Source: an uncultured Gammaproteobacteria bacterium (lineage in GTDB: Bacteria > Patescibacteriota > Microgenomatia > Levybacterales > UBA12049). From it: a stretch of DNA of 64,000 nucleotides. A model generated the notes under the pieces. The model saw nothing but the letters and a program-made list of their open reading frames with translations, was not told the DNA's origin and did no database searches. Position numbers and translations under genes: made by a program. The DNA is taken from positions 79,023 to 143,022 of the forward strand of contig CAZSWA010000001.1 in the NCBI GenBank assembly GCA_964610465.1. Direction: 5' to 3'. Positions within the stretch are counted from its first letter, which is position 1. The number at the start of each line of letters is the position of its first letter. Shown here in pieces: positions 49,429-58,941 of the stretch.

Positions 49429-50889
49429 ATGGATGAAAATATTGTTTTTAACAATCAACAACAAACTTCGCAGCCGTCTGCTTCATCTCAACCTGTGTCT
49501 TCTCCTCCATCAGGAAATGCTGGAGAAAACCCACCTACTCCACCCACTACGCCTCCAGCAAAAAGTGTAATAAATACAATGTCTAAAGAGTTACTCCTAA
49601 AAATAGGAATTGGGATAGGAATTTTTTTTGTTTTTGTTATCTTCTTTATGCTTATTTCATCCCTATTAGGTGGAAAGATATCTTCAGGAAAAGTGACAAT
49701 TCAAGTATGGGGTCTTTGGGAAAGTCAAAATGTTATGAATGCAGTAATTGCCGATTTTGAGAAAAAATATCCGAATATCAAGGTTGAATATCAACAACAA
49801 GATGCAAAACAATATCGTGATAAGCTAACTACCAGAATAAAGAATGGGAATGGGCCGGACATATTTGTATACCATAATACATGGTTGCCAATGATAGCAG
49901 ATATAGTATCACCTTTACCTCAAACGGTGATACAGCCTGATGAGTTTAACAAAATTTACTATCCGGTTATACAACATGATTTGGTAAAAAATGGCGCTAT
50001 CTATGGTATTCCAATGGGAATTGATACCCTTTCATTGTTTATAAACAAAGATATGTTTTCACCTTTTAACCCTACAGGTCCTCAAGTTCCTGCTACATGG
50101 GAAGATTTTGATAAAGTATCAAAACAACTTACAGTCAAAGATACAAATGGACGAATACAAACAGCAGGTGCTGCTCTTGGTACCTATGATAATATTACCC
50201 ATGCTCCAGATATCATTTCTATGATGCTTGCACAGCTTGGAGTAGATTTCAATAAACTGACGACTTCTACACAAAATATCAGTGATACATTTAACTTTTA
50301 TACTCATTTTGCAAAAGGTGACAATAGCGTTTGGGATCCAACTCTTGATAACTCTCTTCTTGCATTTTCGCGGGGAAAGTTAGCTATGTATATAGGATAT
50401 TCCTGGGACATTTTTGCAATACAAGCATTAAATAAAGATATTAACTTCAAGATATATCCTATTCCAAGCTTACCTGGCAGTAACGCAACCATTGCAAGTT
50501 ACTGGGTGCAAGGAGTATCTATGCAAAGTCAGCATCAAAAAGAAGCATTTACATTTATGAATTATATGACTCAGAAAGATACATCACAACTCATCTATGC
50601 TGAAGAATCAAAAGTGAGACTCTTTGGTGAACCGTATGCACGAGTTGATTTGGCAAACACATTGAAAGGAAATGACTTAGTGTATCCATTTGTACAACAA
50701 GCAAGTTCTGCAAAGTCTTCCTATTTTGCAAGTGATACCCATGATGGAGATGGAGGACTCAATTCATCACTTAATACCTATCTTGGGAATGCAATAAATA
50801 GCATAGTAAATGATAATTCCTCAACTCAAACGGTTGTAGATACCTTACTCAAAGGTACTGTACAGGTGGGACAAAAATATGCAAACTAG
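49429..50889 (+). CDS. extracellular solute-binding protein (ABC family 1-like), membrane-anchored
   Basis: A disordered N-terminus and transmembrane anchor precede an SBP_bac_1-like domain (VTIQVWGLWESQNVMNAVIADFEKKYPNIKVEYQQQDAKQYRDKL). Confidence 0.65.
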   Translation: MDENIVFNNQQQTSQPSASSQPVSSPPSGNAGENPPTPPTTPPAKSVINTMSKELLLKIGIGIGIFFVFVIFFMLISSLLGGKISSGKVTIQVWGLWESQNVMNAVIADFEKKYPNIKVEYQQQDAKQYRDKLTTRIKNGNGPDIFVYHNTWLPMIADIVSPLPQTVIQPDEFNKIYYPVIQHDLVKNGAIYGIPMGIDTLSLFINKDMFSPFNPTGPQVPATWEDFDKVSKQLTVKDTNGRIQTAGAALGTYDNITHAPDIISMMLAQLGVDFNKLTTSTQNISDTFNFYTHFAKGDNSVWDPTLDNSLLAFSRGKLAMYIGYSWDIFAIQALNKDINFKIYPIPSLPGSNATIASYWVQGVSMQSQHQKEAFTFMNYMTQKDTSQLIYAEESKVRLFGEPYARVDLANTLKGNDLVYPFVQQASSAKSSYFASDTHDGDGGLNSSLNTYLGNAINSIVNDNSSTQTVVDTLLKGTVQVGQKYAN

Positions 50890-51778
50890 TGAAAAAGCAG
50901 TATTAAAGACACTTCTATATAGTGATATTTTTGAATTTCCACTTACAGAACAAGAGATTTGGCAGTATGTAGTATCTGATAAAAATATTACAAAGGAAGA
51001 AATAAAATCCTCTCTTTCGCACCTACGGAGTAAACTGTCTGCTTTAAATGGACTTTATTCTATAAAGGGAAAAGAAAAACATATAAGAGAAAGAATGGCT
51101 TTGAGAAAATTACTTAAGACAAAACTATCCATTGCACAATATGCTTCACATTATTTATCTTATATTCCGACAATATATTTTATAGGGATAAGTGGCGGAT
51201 TGGCAGCAGAGGATATAAAAGAAACAGATGATATTGATTTTTTTATTATTGTGAAAAACAACTGTATTTGGATAACAAGGCTTATGATATTGGCAGTATT
51301 AGAACTATTACAACTAAGGAGAAAAAGAGACGATAAAAATGGAGCAAACAAAATATGTGTAAATATGATAATCGATGAAAGTCAATTAGTATGGCCTGAT
51401 ATAAGACGTGATATCTATAATGCGAGAGAATTAGTTCAATTAAAACCTCTTTTTGAACGGCATACTATGCATAGAAAATTACTAGAGAGCAATAAATGGG
51501 TTTCCAAATTCTTTTTCAATGCCTATCAATTGTTACAAAGAACACAAATTCAAGAAGAACAAAGAACATATATGATAATAAAAATAATTTCATTTTTTAT
51601 TAATCTTTCATTGACACAATATATAGCAAAGGTTATACAAAAAATCTATATGAAAAAAACTAGAACAACAGAAACCATTTCAGATTCATTTCTTGCATTT
51701 CATCCTTATGACTATCGAAAACAAATTATAAAAAATCTTCACAAGAAATTTGCAGAATATAAGTTATTGACAAACTAA
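50879..51778 (+). CDS. putative minimal nucleotidyltransferase (Pol-beta superfamily)
   Basis: GISGGLAAEDIKETDDIDFFIIV fits the G[SG]x9-13Dx[DE] nucleotidyltransferase motif. The rest is unassigned. Confidence 0.45.
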   Translation: MQTSEKAVLKTLLYSDIFEFPLTEQEIWQYVVSDKNITKEEIKSSLSHLRSKLSALNGLYSIKGKEKHIRERMALRKLLKTKLSIAQYASHYLSYIPTIYFIGISGGLAAEDIKETDDIDFFIIVKNNCIWITRLMILAVLELLQLRRKRDDKNGANKICVNMIIDESQLVWPDIRRDIYNARELVQLKPLFERHTMHRKLLESNKWVSKFFFNAYQLLQRTQIQEEQRTYMIIKIISFFINLSLTQYIAKVIQKIYMKKTRTTETISDSFLAFHPYDYRKQIIKNLHKKFAEYKLLTN

Positions 51779-51856
51779 AAAATATCTTTTATACTGAGCC
51801 TGCAATCACGCAAACTATGTTTCCCTCATCACAATTGAGGGATTTCTTTTAGATAT

Positions 51857-52324
51857 ATGGATAAGAAGATATATTTAACAAAAGAAGGTTTAGAGGAGCT
51901 TAAAAAAGAATACGAACAATTAGTAAAAGAAAGAAGACCTGAAGTGGTTGTGCGCCTTTCTATAGCACGAGATATGGGTGACCTATCAGAGAATGCAGAA
52001 TATACTGCTGCGCGGGAAGAATTATCTTTTATTGATGGAAGAATAGATGAGCTTGAGGAAATAATTAAGCAAGCAGTTCTTATTAGTCAGATTTCTTCAA
52101 AAGGAGCAAAAACTGTCAATATAGGCTCTAAAGTTACCGTAAAACTTGATGGAAAAAAAGAAATTTTTACTGTAGTAGGCGAATGGGAAGCAGATCCAAA
52201 AGAGAAAAAAATTTCACATGCATCTCCTCTTGGAAAAGCATTAATGGGGAAAGGTATAGGAGAACATGTAGAAGTACAAGCTCCCGCTGGAAAGATTCTT
52301 TATACAATACTCTCTATAAGTTAA
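51857..52324 (+). CDS. greA: transcription elongation factor GreA
   Basis: A coiled-coil N-terminus with the acidic tip (DLSENAEYTAAREE) and a C-terminal FKBP-like domain. Confidence 0.9.
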   Translation: MDKKIYLTKEGLEELKKEYEQLVKERRPEVVVRLSIARDMGDLSENAEYTAAREELSFIDGRIDELEEIIKQAVLISQISSKGAKTVNIGSKVTVKLDGKKEIFTVVGEWEADPKEKKISHASPLGKALMGKGIGEHVEVQAPAGKILYTILSIS

Positions 52325-52402
52325 CTATTTATTTTCCCGTTTAAATAGATATAGCAAATAATGATGTTGTACCTACTGTCTTGCTTCAAGTAATTTCCCA
52401 AT

Positions 52403-52924
52403 CTACATTCTTTCTTTTGAAGGCAAATGAGGTTTGATTTTTTCACCAATATACAGTGGTTGTAAAGGTTCACTCGCATCTGTTTTCCCTCCATAAATTG
52501 CAGTATGTTGTGTTAACTCTGCAATGATTTTCGCATCATTTGCAATATGGATTTTTGAGTATTCTTCTAGCTTTCCAGTATCGTATACTTCAGATAATGG
52601 ATACAGACCAACTTGTTCATCATCAAAAAGACCAGTTTCTCGAACGAGACGAATATCTCCTAAATTTTCTGGAACATAATTTTCAAAAGCACAGATAAGT
52701 GTTAATGTACGTTCACCTGTTCTCCATCCCTCTTTATTGGAATTATATGAGGGGTCTCTTTCTGATGGATCAGTAAGAGTATCTCTAAAAGAGACAGAAA
52801 CGAAACCACGCAACAGGTGAGTAATTGCTTGGGATGGATTTTCTCGCACTTCTTCGAAGCTAAGATCATCTGTTTTGGTGTGTTTTTTAATAACTATTTT
52901 TTTGCTTTGCTCAATTTTGTCCAT
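52403..52924 (-). CDS. hypothetical protein
   Basis: 173-aa ORF with no motif recognised. Confidence 0.35.
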   Translation of the reverse strand: MDKIEQSKKIVIKKHTKTDDLSFEEVRENPSQAITHLLRGFVSVSFRDTLTDPSERDPSYNSNKEGWRTGERTLTLICAFENYVPENLGDIRLVRETGLFDDEQVGLYPLSEVYDTGKLEEYSKIHIANDAKIIAELTQHTAIYGGKTDASEPLQPLYIGEKIKPHLPSKERM

Positions 52925-53007
52925 TGTTAGCTAATCCAGAAACAGTGAGGTTTATTATACTATATTCCTCTGTCAAATTTGAAGCTGTTATAGTACAATA
53001 AAGCAGT

Positions 53008-54192
53008 ATGGCGCGGAAGAAAATAAGTGAATATAAAACAAAAAAACTCTTGCATGACTATTTACATACCCATTATGAAGGAATGCGTTTTGAAAGTAAT
53101 AAGGATGAGTTGTCACTTATAGATACATTAGATGCAAAGAAAAAATATGTCCTCAAAGTGGACGAAGGCGTTAAAAAAAGATTTAGAAAAGGATTGGTTT
53201 TACTTAACAAAACACCTTTGGAAATAAAAGAGGAATTAAAAAGAATTCAGGAAACAGGATACAAAAATTTCATTATTGAACCATTTTTATCACACGCAGA
53301 AGAGAGTGAAAAATATCTTTCAATTGAACGAGTACGCGAAGGATATCTGGTATTTTATTTTGAAAAAGGCGGAATAGATATTGAGAATTATAGAAAAGAT
53401 ATTAAAAAAAGTATTTTATCTTCATATTCTGACGGAGAAGAAATTACAAAATATTTAGGTATTGATAAAAATCTTTTTGAAAGTATTTTGAAATTTTTTG
53501 ATGAATATTATTTCTCGTTTCTTGAAATAAATCCTCTGGTTATCCAAAACAATAGAATCATCTTTCTTGATATTGCAAGTGAAGTAGATAGTGCAGGAGA
53601 ATTTTTTGTGCATAACGGATGGGATAGCGAAGATTTCCAAGAAGGAAAAGAGATACAGAAAACTGATGAAGAAAAAAATATTGATGAATTATCAAGAAAA
53701 AGTCAGGCCTCATTTAAATTAGAAGTACTAAATCCCAACGGAAGTATTTTCATGCTTTTATCAGGAGGAGGAGCAAGTATCGTTCTTGCAGATGAAACAT
53801 ATAATTTAGGATATGGGAAGGCTGTTGCCAACTATGGAGAATATAGCGGTAATCCGAATGAAGAAGAAGCATATTTGTATACCAAAAATTTATTAAGTCT
53901 TCTCCTTAAGTCAAATGTACAAAAAAAAGTTTTGATTATTGGTGGAGGAGTTGCAAATTTTACTAATATTTTAATAACCTTTAAGGGTGTCATTGCAGCA
54001 TTAAAAGAAGTCGCAGAAAAACTTAAGGAACAGCAAGTTAAAGTATTTGTGAGACGAGGAGGACCAAATCAAGAAGAAGGACTAAAAGTAATGGAGCAAT
54101 TTCTAAATGAAAACGGAATTTTAGGTGCAGTTCGCGATCCAAAAACTTCTTTACCAGAAATAATAACACTTGCAATAAAAGAGTTACAATAA
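53008..54192 (+). CDS. aclB: ATP-citrate lyase small (ATP-grasp) subunit
   Basis: Colinear strong similarity to the N-terminal part of canonical ATP-citrate lyase, recalled from memory. Matches include ISEYKTKKLLHDYL, FIIEPFLSHAEESEKYL...YLVFYFEKGGIDI, YFSFLEINPLVI, KLEVLNPNGSIFMLLSGGGASIV...ANYGEYSGNPNEEE, and LIIGGGVANFTNILITFKGV...VFVRRGGPNQEEGLKVM. Confidence 0.85.
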   Translation: MARKKISEYKTKKLLHDYLHTHYEGMRFESNKDELSLIDTLDAKKKYVLKVDEGVKKRFRKGLVLLNKTPLEIKEELKRIQETGYKNFIIEPFLSHAEESEKYLSIERVREGYLVFYFEKGGIDIENYRKDIKKSILSSYSDGEEITKYLGIDKNLFESILKFFDEYYFSFLEINPLVIQNNRIIFLDIASEVDSAGEFFVHNGWDSEDFQEGKEIQKTDEEKNIDELSRKSQASFKLEVLNPNGSIFMLLSGGGASIVLADETYNLGYGKAVANYGEYSGNPNEEEAYLYTKNLLSLLLKSNVQKKVLIIGGGVANFTNILITFKGVIAALKEVAEKLKEQQVKVFVRRGGPNQEEGLKVMEQFLNENGILGAVRDPKTSLPEIITLAIKELQ

Positions 54193-54196
54193 AAAT

Positions 54197-55990
54197 ATGT
54201 TAGATATCGCAAGACTTAGAAAAAACAAACTACATATTATTTCCATTGGAAGTTATCCATCAATCATCCAATCGATATTGGATTTTGATTATCTTGTAGG
54301 AAAACAAACACCAAGTATAAAAGCAATTATTGCAACAGGACGCAATAGTGAACGATATTTTTGGGGAAAGAAAGAAATTCTTTTGCCGGTTTTTACTAGT
54401 GCGCAAAGTATTCCTCAGAAAGATTCCATTAATTTTTTTCTTAATCTTTCATCGGGTCGTAGAGTTTTTGCTTCAACTTGTGAATTATTAGATATATTGC
54501 CTGCTATGTTAGGAGGAGTTGTTTTTGCTGAAAACGTTCCTGAACAACATGCAATAGCACTTTACCAAAAAATAAAAGACAGTGACAGATTTATTGTCGG
54601 TCCGGCAAGTATAGGAGTTCTTATCCCGAATATGATAAAAGCAGGTGCAATTGGTGGAGTAGATGCGAGACAATTTGTGGAATCCTCCCTTTTTGATTCG
54701 GGAAGTGTTGCAGTTCTTTCATCATCAGGAGGAATGACCAATGAATTGATTCGTACAGTAGCACAAAGCGGAAAAAGACTTTCTTTTGCATTGTCTTTTG
54801 GCGGTGAAAGATTTCCTATAACTACTCCAAAAGACGCATTTCTTGCAGCAGAAAAAGATGACAATACAAAAACTATCGTATACTTTGGCGAATTGGGAGG
54901 GACTGATGAATTTGATATCGCAGATTTACTACAATCAAAAAAAGTAACAAAACCGGTTGTGTGTTATATCGCAGGAGTTATTGCAGACATATTTCCTACT
55001 CCACCTCAATTTGGTCATGCCAAAGCATTGGCACAAAAAGAAAATGAAACTGCACAAGAGAAAAGAGATGTTCTAAAAAAAGCGGGTGCAAAAGTTGCTG
55101 ATTCATACACTCAATTTCTTGAGTTTATCAAGGACATAGAAGATACCTCTATGAAAAGTGAAAGAGAATATACTACAATAATTAAGTCTATGGAAAACAG
55201 ACAACATGCGCTTATCACAACAAGTATCTCAGGGGATAAAGATGGGAATCCCCAGATTTTGGGTGAGAATTTATTAGATGCTGCCAAAAATAATTCGTTT
55301 GCGGCAATTGTTGGTTCGTTATTCTTAGGACAAAAAATAAAATCAAAAGAGCTTGAAGAGTTTGTTGATTTTGTTCTCAGACTTCTTGTTGATCACGGAC
55401 CTTATGTGTCAGGTGCTGTCAATACCATCATTTCAGCTCGCGCCGGACGGGATTTAGTATCAGCCCTTAGTACTGGACTTTTAACTATTGGTCCGCGTTT
55501 TGGTGGCGCAATAAACCAAGCAGCAGAGAATTGGATACAAGGAGTTACGACTTCTCAAGATCAATCTCTATTTGTTGAAGATTTTGCAACACACAAAAAA
55601 TATATTTCAGGAATAGGGCACAAGAAATACAGAATAGATTTGCCAGACCCAAGAGTTAAAGAAATCTTAAGATTTGCAGAAAAACTTGAGGAAAAAAGAT
55701 TTACGAATTTTGCTCTTGCAATTGAAAAAATCACAACTGCAAAAAAAGGAAATTTAATCTTAAATGTTGATGGTGCAATTGCAGCAGTGCTTTTGGATAT
55801 TCTTTCAGAAAGAGAACACCTACAGGATGATGAATTACAAAAACTTACCCAGATAGAATTCTTCAATGGTTTGTTTGTCCTTTCCCGTTCTGTTGGCTTT
55901 ATGGCACATTATTTTGATCAGAAACGATTGGATGAAGGATTGTTTAGATTGGATGAGAATTTAGTAGCAGAAGTTGGAGAAAAAGAATAA
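54197..55990 (+). CDS. aclA: ATP-citrate lyase large subunit (CoA-binding, phospho-His, citrate-synthase-like domain)
   Basis: A CoA-binding/ligase domain is present. The catalytic His lies in PPQFGHAKALAQKENETAQEK (cf. ACL QFGHAGA). The citryl-CoA lyase domain is LLVDHGPYVSGAVNTIISARAGRDLVSALSTGLLTIGPRFGGAI...GIGHKKYRIDLPDPRV, which tracks the ACL C-terminal region closely. Confidence 0.85.
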   Translation: MLDIARLRKNKLHIISIGSYPSIIQSILDFDYLVGKQTPSIKAIIATGRNSERYFWGKKEILLPVFTSAQSIPQKDSINFFLNLSSGRRVFASTCELLDILPAMLGGVVFAENVPEQHAIALYQKIKDSDRFIVGPASIGVLIPNMIKAGAIGGVDARQFVESSLFDSGSVAVLSSSGGMTNELIRTVAQSGKRLSFALSFGGERFPITTPKDAFLAAEKDDNTKTIVYFGELGGTDEFDIADLLQSKKVTKPVVCYIAGVIADIFPTPPQFGHAKALAQKENETAQEKRDVLKKAGAKVADSYTQFLEFIKDIEDTSMKSEREYTTIIKSMENRQHALITTSISGDKDGNPQILGENLLDAAKNNSFAAIVGSLFLGQKIKSKELEEFVDFVLRLLVDHGPYVSGAVNTIISARAGRDLVSALSTGLLTIGPRFGGAINQAAENWIQGVTTSQDQSLFVEDFATHKKYISGIGHKKYRIDLPDPRVKEILRFAEKLEEKRFTNFALAIEKITTAKKGNLILNVDGAIAAVLLDILSEREHLQDDELQKLTQIEFFNGLFVLSRSVGFMAHYFDQKRLDEGLFRLDENLVAEVGEKE

Positions 55991-55994
55991 TAAA

Positions 55995-56492
55995 CTATTC
56001 TACTTTAAATCCATGTTCTCCTCCAAATTTTCCTAGAGCTTCCTTGACTCTTTCTTCTAAATCATGTGGTGTATCTTCACGCATACTAAATACAAGTTGA
56101 TAACCTGCTGGAAATTCTTTTTGACCAGGAGTAATTTTAGTTATTAATTGAAGTCCTGCTTCTTGCTCATAGCGTTCTCTTAGTACTCTATATATTTTTT
56201 TGGCTTTCTCATAATCTTCTATATTTGAATAATATGTTCCTCCTAAAGAGTTAGGATACTCATGATATCTTCTAAAATCCTCAATGCTTTTATCAAATAA
56301 ATAATATTCGGTAAAATATCTTCTAGTTCCCATTATTACTTGAGTAATGCCGTTACGAGTGTGCTCTCTATCTAGGGTAACTTTAAGTAATTTTTCTGGG
56401 TTTTCTTGTTCTTTTCTTTTTGTTTCTTCTGATGGGATTCTATTTTCACCCTGTTCTTTCATATTCCATAGGATTATATCATTAGTAGACAA
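55995..56492 (-). CDS. hypothetical protein
   Basis: 165-aa ORF with no motif recognised. Confidence 0.35.
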   Translation of the reverse strand: MSTNDIILWNMKEQGENRIPSEETKRKEQENPEKLLKVTLDREHTRNGITQVIMGTRRYFTEYYLFDKSIEDFRRYHEYPNSLGGTYYSNIEDYEKAKKIYRVLRERYEQEAGLQLITKITPGQKEFPAGYQLVFSMREDTPHDLEERVKEALGKFGGEHGFKVE

Positions 56493-56557
56493 AAATACAA
56501 TTTGGCATAGTTATTTGCTTATTCTTACTAAATTATTTACAATTAAGCCACAAGTGT

Positions 56558-57526
56558 ATGCAAATACATCAAGATTTTGACCTTTCAAAGGTTCTTTGGT
56601 ATCAAATCGGAGGGAAGGCGAGGTATTTTATCCAAGCTGAGAATAGAGAAGATATTGAGAGGACAGTAGATTTTGCTGACAAGAACAACGTTACCAAACT
56701 TTTTATTTGCGGACTTGGTTCAAATCTTATTTTTACCGACGAATATTTTGACGGATTGGTATTACAAATTAGTCTTAAAGATAAAGGGAAAACAATACAA
56801 CTATCAAATGAAGGGTTTGTTGAATGTTTTGCGGGTGAAGAATTAGATAGTCTTATCCAATTTGCGTTTGCAAATAACTTAACAGGTTTTGAATGGGCTG
56901 GAGGATTACCCGGAACTGTGGGTGCTGGGATAAGAGGAAATGTTGGTGCGTTTGGAGGAGAAATAAAAGACGCATTCTTTGATACTGAAGTAATGCAACT
57001 CTATAAAACTTCTTTTTCATTTCTAAACTATAAATACCATGATATGCATTTTTCTTATAGAAATAGTCTTATTAAAGAAGCGCGGAATCTCATCATTGTA
57101 CAAGCAAAATTTTTTCTAAAACATGCAACAAGTGAAGAATTACAAAAAGCAAAAGAGAAATATGAAGAAAATATTTTGTATCGCAAAACTCACCATCCGC
57201 TTGAATATCCAACCTGTGGCTCTGTTTTTAAAAATATAAAAGAGCCAGAACATGTCCAAAAAATTCTTTCTGTCTGGCCAGATATAGAAGAGAAAGTAGA
57301 ACGAAATTGGTATGGGAAAGTATCAATGGGATATGTAATAAAACGTCTTGGTTTTTCAGGATATAAAGTTGGAGGTATGCAAGTGTCAGAAAAGCACGCC
57401 AATTTTATCGTGAATTTAGGAGAGGCAAAAGCAAAAGATGTCAAAACAATTATCAAAACAATCCAGGAAAAAGTATTTGAAGCATTCGGGTTTATTCCAG
57501 AAATTGAGGTAGAGATAGTAGAGTAA
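56558..57526 (+). CDS. murB: UDP-N-acetylenolpyruvoylglucosamine reductase MurB
   Basis: An N-terminal FAD-binding domain (YQIGGKARYFIQAENREDI...LFICGLGSNLIF) and a C-terminal MurB domain. Confidence 0.8.
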   Translation: MQIHQDFDLSKVLWYQIGGKARYFIQAENREDIERTVDFADKNNVTKLFICGLGSNLIFTDEYFDGLVLQISLKDKGKTIQLSNEGFVECFAGEELDSLIQFAFANNLTGFEWAGGLPGTVGAGIRGNVGAFGGEIKDAFFDTEVMQLYKTSFSFLNYKYHDMHFSYRNSLIKEARNLIIVQAKFFLKHATSEELQKAKEKYEENILYRKTHHPLEYPTCGSVFKNIKEPEHVQKILSVWPDIEEKVERNWYGKVSMGYVIKRLGFSGYKVGGMQVSEKHANFIVNLGEAKAKDVKTIIKTIQEKVFEAFGFIPEIEVEIVE

Positions 57527-57630
57527 TTTATGGTATAATAAGTCTAAGACAATGAATACCTTGAGTATAATCGTTACCTCTGTTAAGAAACCTCTCTCGT
57601 AAGGGGGAAGTTTTTGCCGTGGTAAAAATG

Positions 57631-57656
57631 AACCCCTTATATAAGGGGTTTTTTTG
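57631..57656 (+). terminator. intrinsic terminator after murB
   Basis: AACCCCTTA-tat-TAAGGGGTT hairpin followed by T7. Confidence 0.7.
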
Positions 57657-57668
57657 TGGAGAAAAAAT

Positions 57669-58934
57669 ATGCAAAATGAAATTTTAAGACAGCTCACAAA
57701 CAATGAATACCTTGAGAGAACTTCTTGGGAACAAGAAGATGTTCGGCGAGGAAAAAATCTTTCTTATTTTTCAGAAAGTGTTATTCAGGATGATTGGGTG
57801 AAACAAGCACTTGTGCAATCAGTACATCTTAATAGTGAACTTACTGAAGCAAAATACCTTGCTCCGTTTCATGAGCCTGCATCTGTTTTTCGTGGAGCAT
57901 TTTCAATTGATGTAATTGATCCTATTTCAATCATTCCCAATAAAGATTTTTATACCGATCCTCCTGAAAGAATCTTATCTGTTTTTGCATCAAGTTCTGT
58001 TCGTCGTGGGAAAAAAGAGTTATTTGCTGATTATATTAGCGAGATTAAACAAAAACTTTACCATTATACAAGAAAAGCAAATCCTGTTGAGTTTGTTCTG
58101 CCAACGCTTCCATTTAAAGATCAAAATCCTTTCACAACAAGACATAGTATTGATGCAGTTGATTTAGGAGAATATCTCTTTTTTGCTCAACTTCGGGATA
58201 TTACTACTGCTATAACAGAGACATATCCACCAGGAGTAAGAATTACACTTCTTACAGATGGTTTAGTGTATAAAGACTTATTTGCAAATGGGCAACGAAA
58301 TGCGATAGAAGAATATAGAAGAAACTGCCAACAGATTAGGGATGAGATGGGTTTAAAAGGAGTTATCGATATTGTTGATATGGAATGCATTGTGGGAAAA
58401 GATGCGGACTTCTATGATATACAACAAAAAATGCAAGAGAGGATACAAATACTAAGCGAATCAGATACAACAGTTGCATTACATATACGATCTCTTGCTC
58501 ATGGAATGCGTTGGAATATACCAATACACGGACATTCATATGATGAGTATAGACAAATGTTTGAGCAAAATAACCTTTCTCAAGAAATAACTAAGCAGAC
58601 CTACAATACTGCAGTAAACTATGCATCATTTCTCCTTGCAATGAGACGTACGCGAGCTATTGAACGAGCATTTCCTCATGCTGTGAGATTGACAGTACAT
58701 CCCAAAAAAGCACCACAAATACCGATTCATTTAGTAAATAATCGTTCCATAATATTTCCTTATAATGGCGTACCAGTTGTGTCAGAGAAAAGAATGGAAG
58801 AAACTAAAAATATCAGACAATCAACGAAAATAATGAGATTTGCCGATGTGTTAGATTTTCCATCAGCAAAAGCCGTCTATGTCGCTGATAAAGCTGAACC
58901 ATTCTATTATCAAATTGATGAAAGGAGTGTATAA
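57669..58934 (+). CDS. PvcA/Dit1 (isonitrile synthase) family homolog with ~130-aa N-terminal extension
   Basis: EFVLPTLPFKDQNP (cf. PvcA FVLPAFPCKSP), GVRITLLTDGLVYKDLF (cf. ITIVSDGHVFSD) and AVRLTVHPKK (cf. LRLSIHPHS). The start is assigned to the ATG at 57669, downstream of the terminator. The family assignment is from remembered PvcA motifs. Confidence 0.5.
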   Translation: MQNEILRQLTNNEYLERTSWEQEDVRRGKNLSYFSESVIQDDWVKQALVQSVHLNSELTEAKYLAPFHEPASVFRGAFSIDVIDPISIIPNKDFYTDPPERILSVFASSSVRRGKKELFADYISEIKQKLYHYTRKANPVEFVLPTLPFKDQNPFTTRHSIDAVDLGEYLFFAQLRDITTAITETYPPGVRITLLTDGLVYKDLFANGQRNAIEEYRRNCQQIRDEMGLKGVIDIVDMECIVGKDADFYDIQQKMQERIQILSESDTTVALHIRSLAHGMRWNIPIHGHSYDEYRQMFEQNNLSQEITKQTYNTAVNYASFLLAMRRTRAIERAFPHAVRLTVHPKKAPQIPIHLVNNRSIIFPYNGVPVVSEKRMEETKNIRQSTKIMRFADVLDFPSAKAVYVADKAEPFYYQIDERSV

Positions 58935-58941
58935 TACTGGT

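Noticed and set aside
51779-51856. Short hairpin CCCTCA-tcaca-TTGAGGG followed by a T-rich stretch upstream of greA, as a terminator or attenuator
   Set aside because: It is only a 6-bp stem with an interrupted T-run. That is too weak to call a terminator with confidence.
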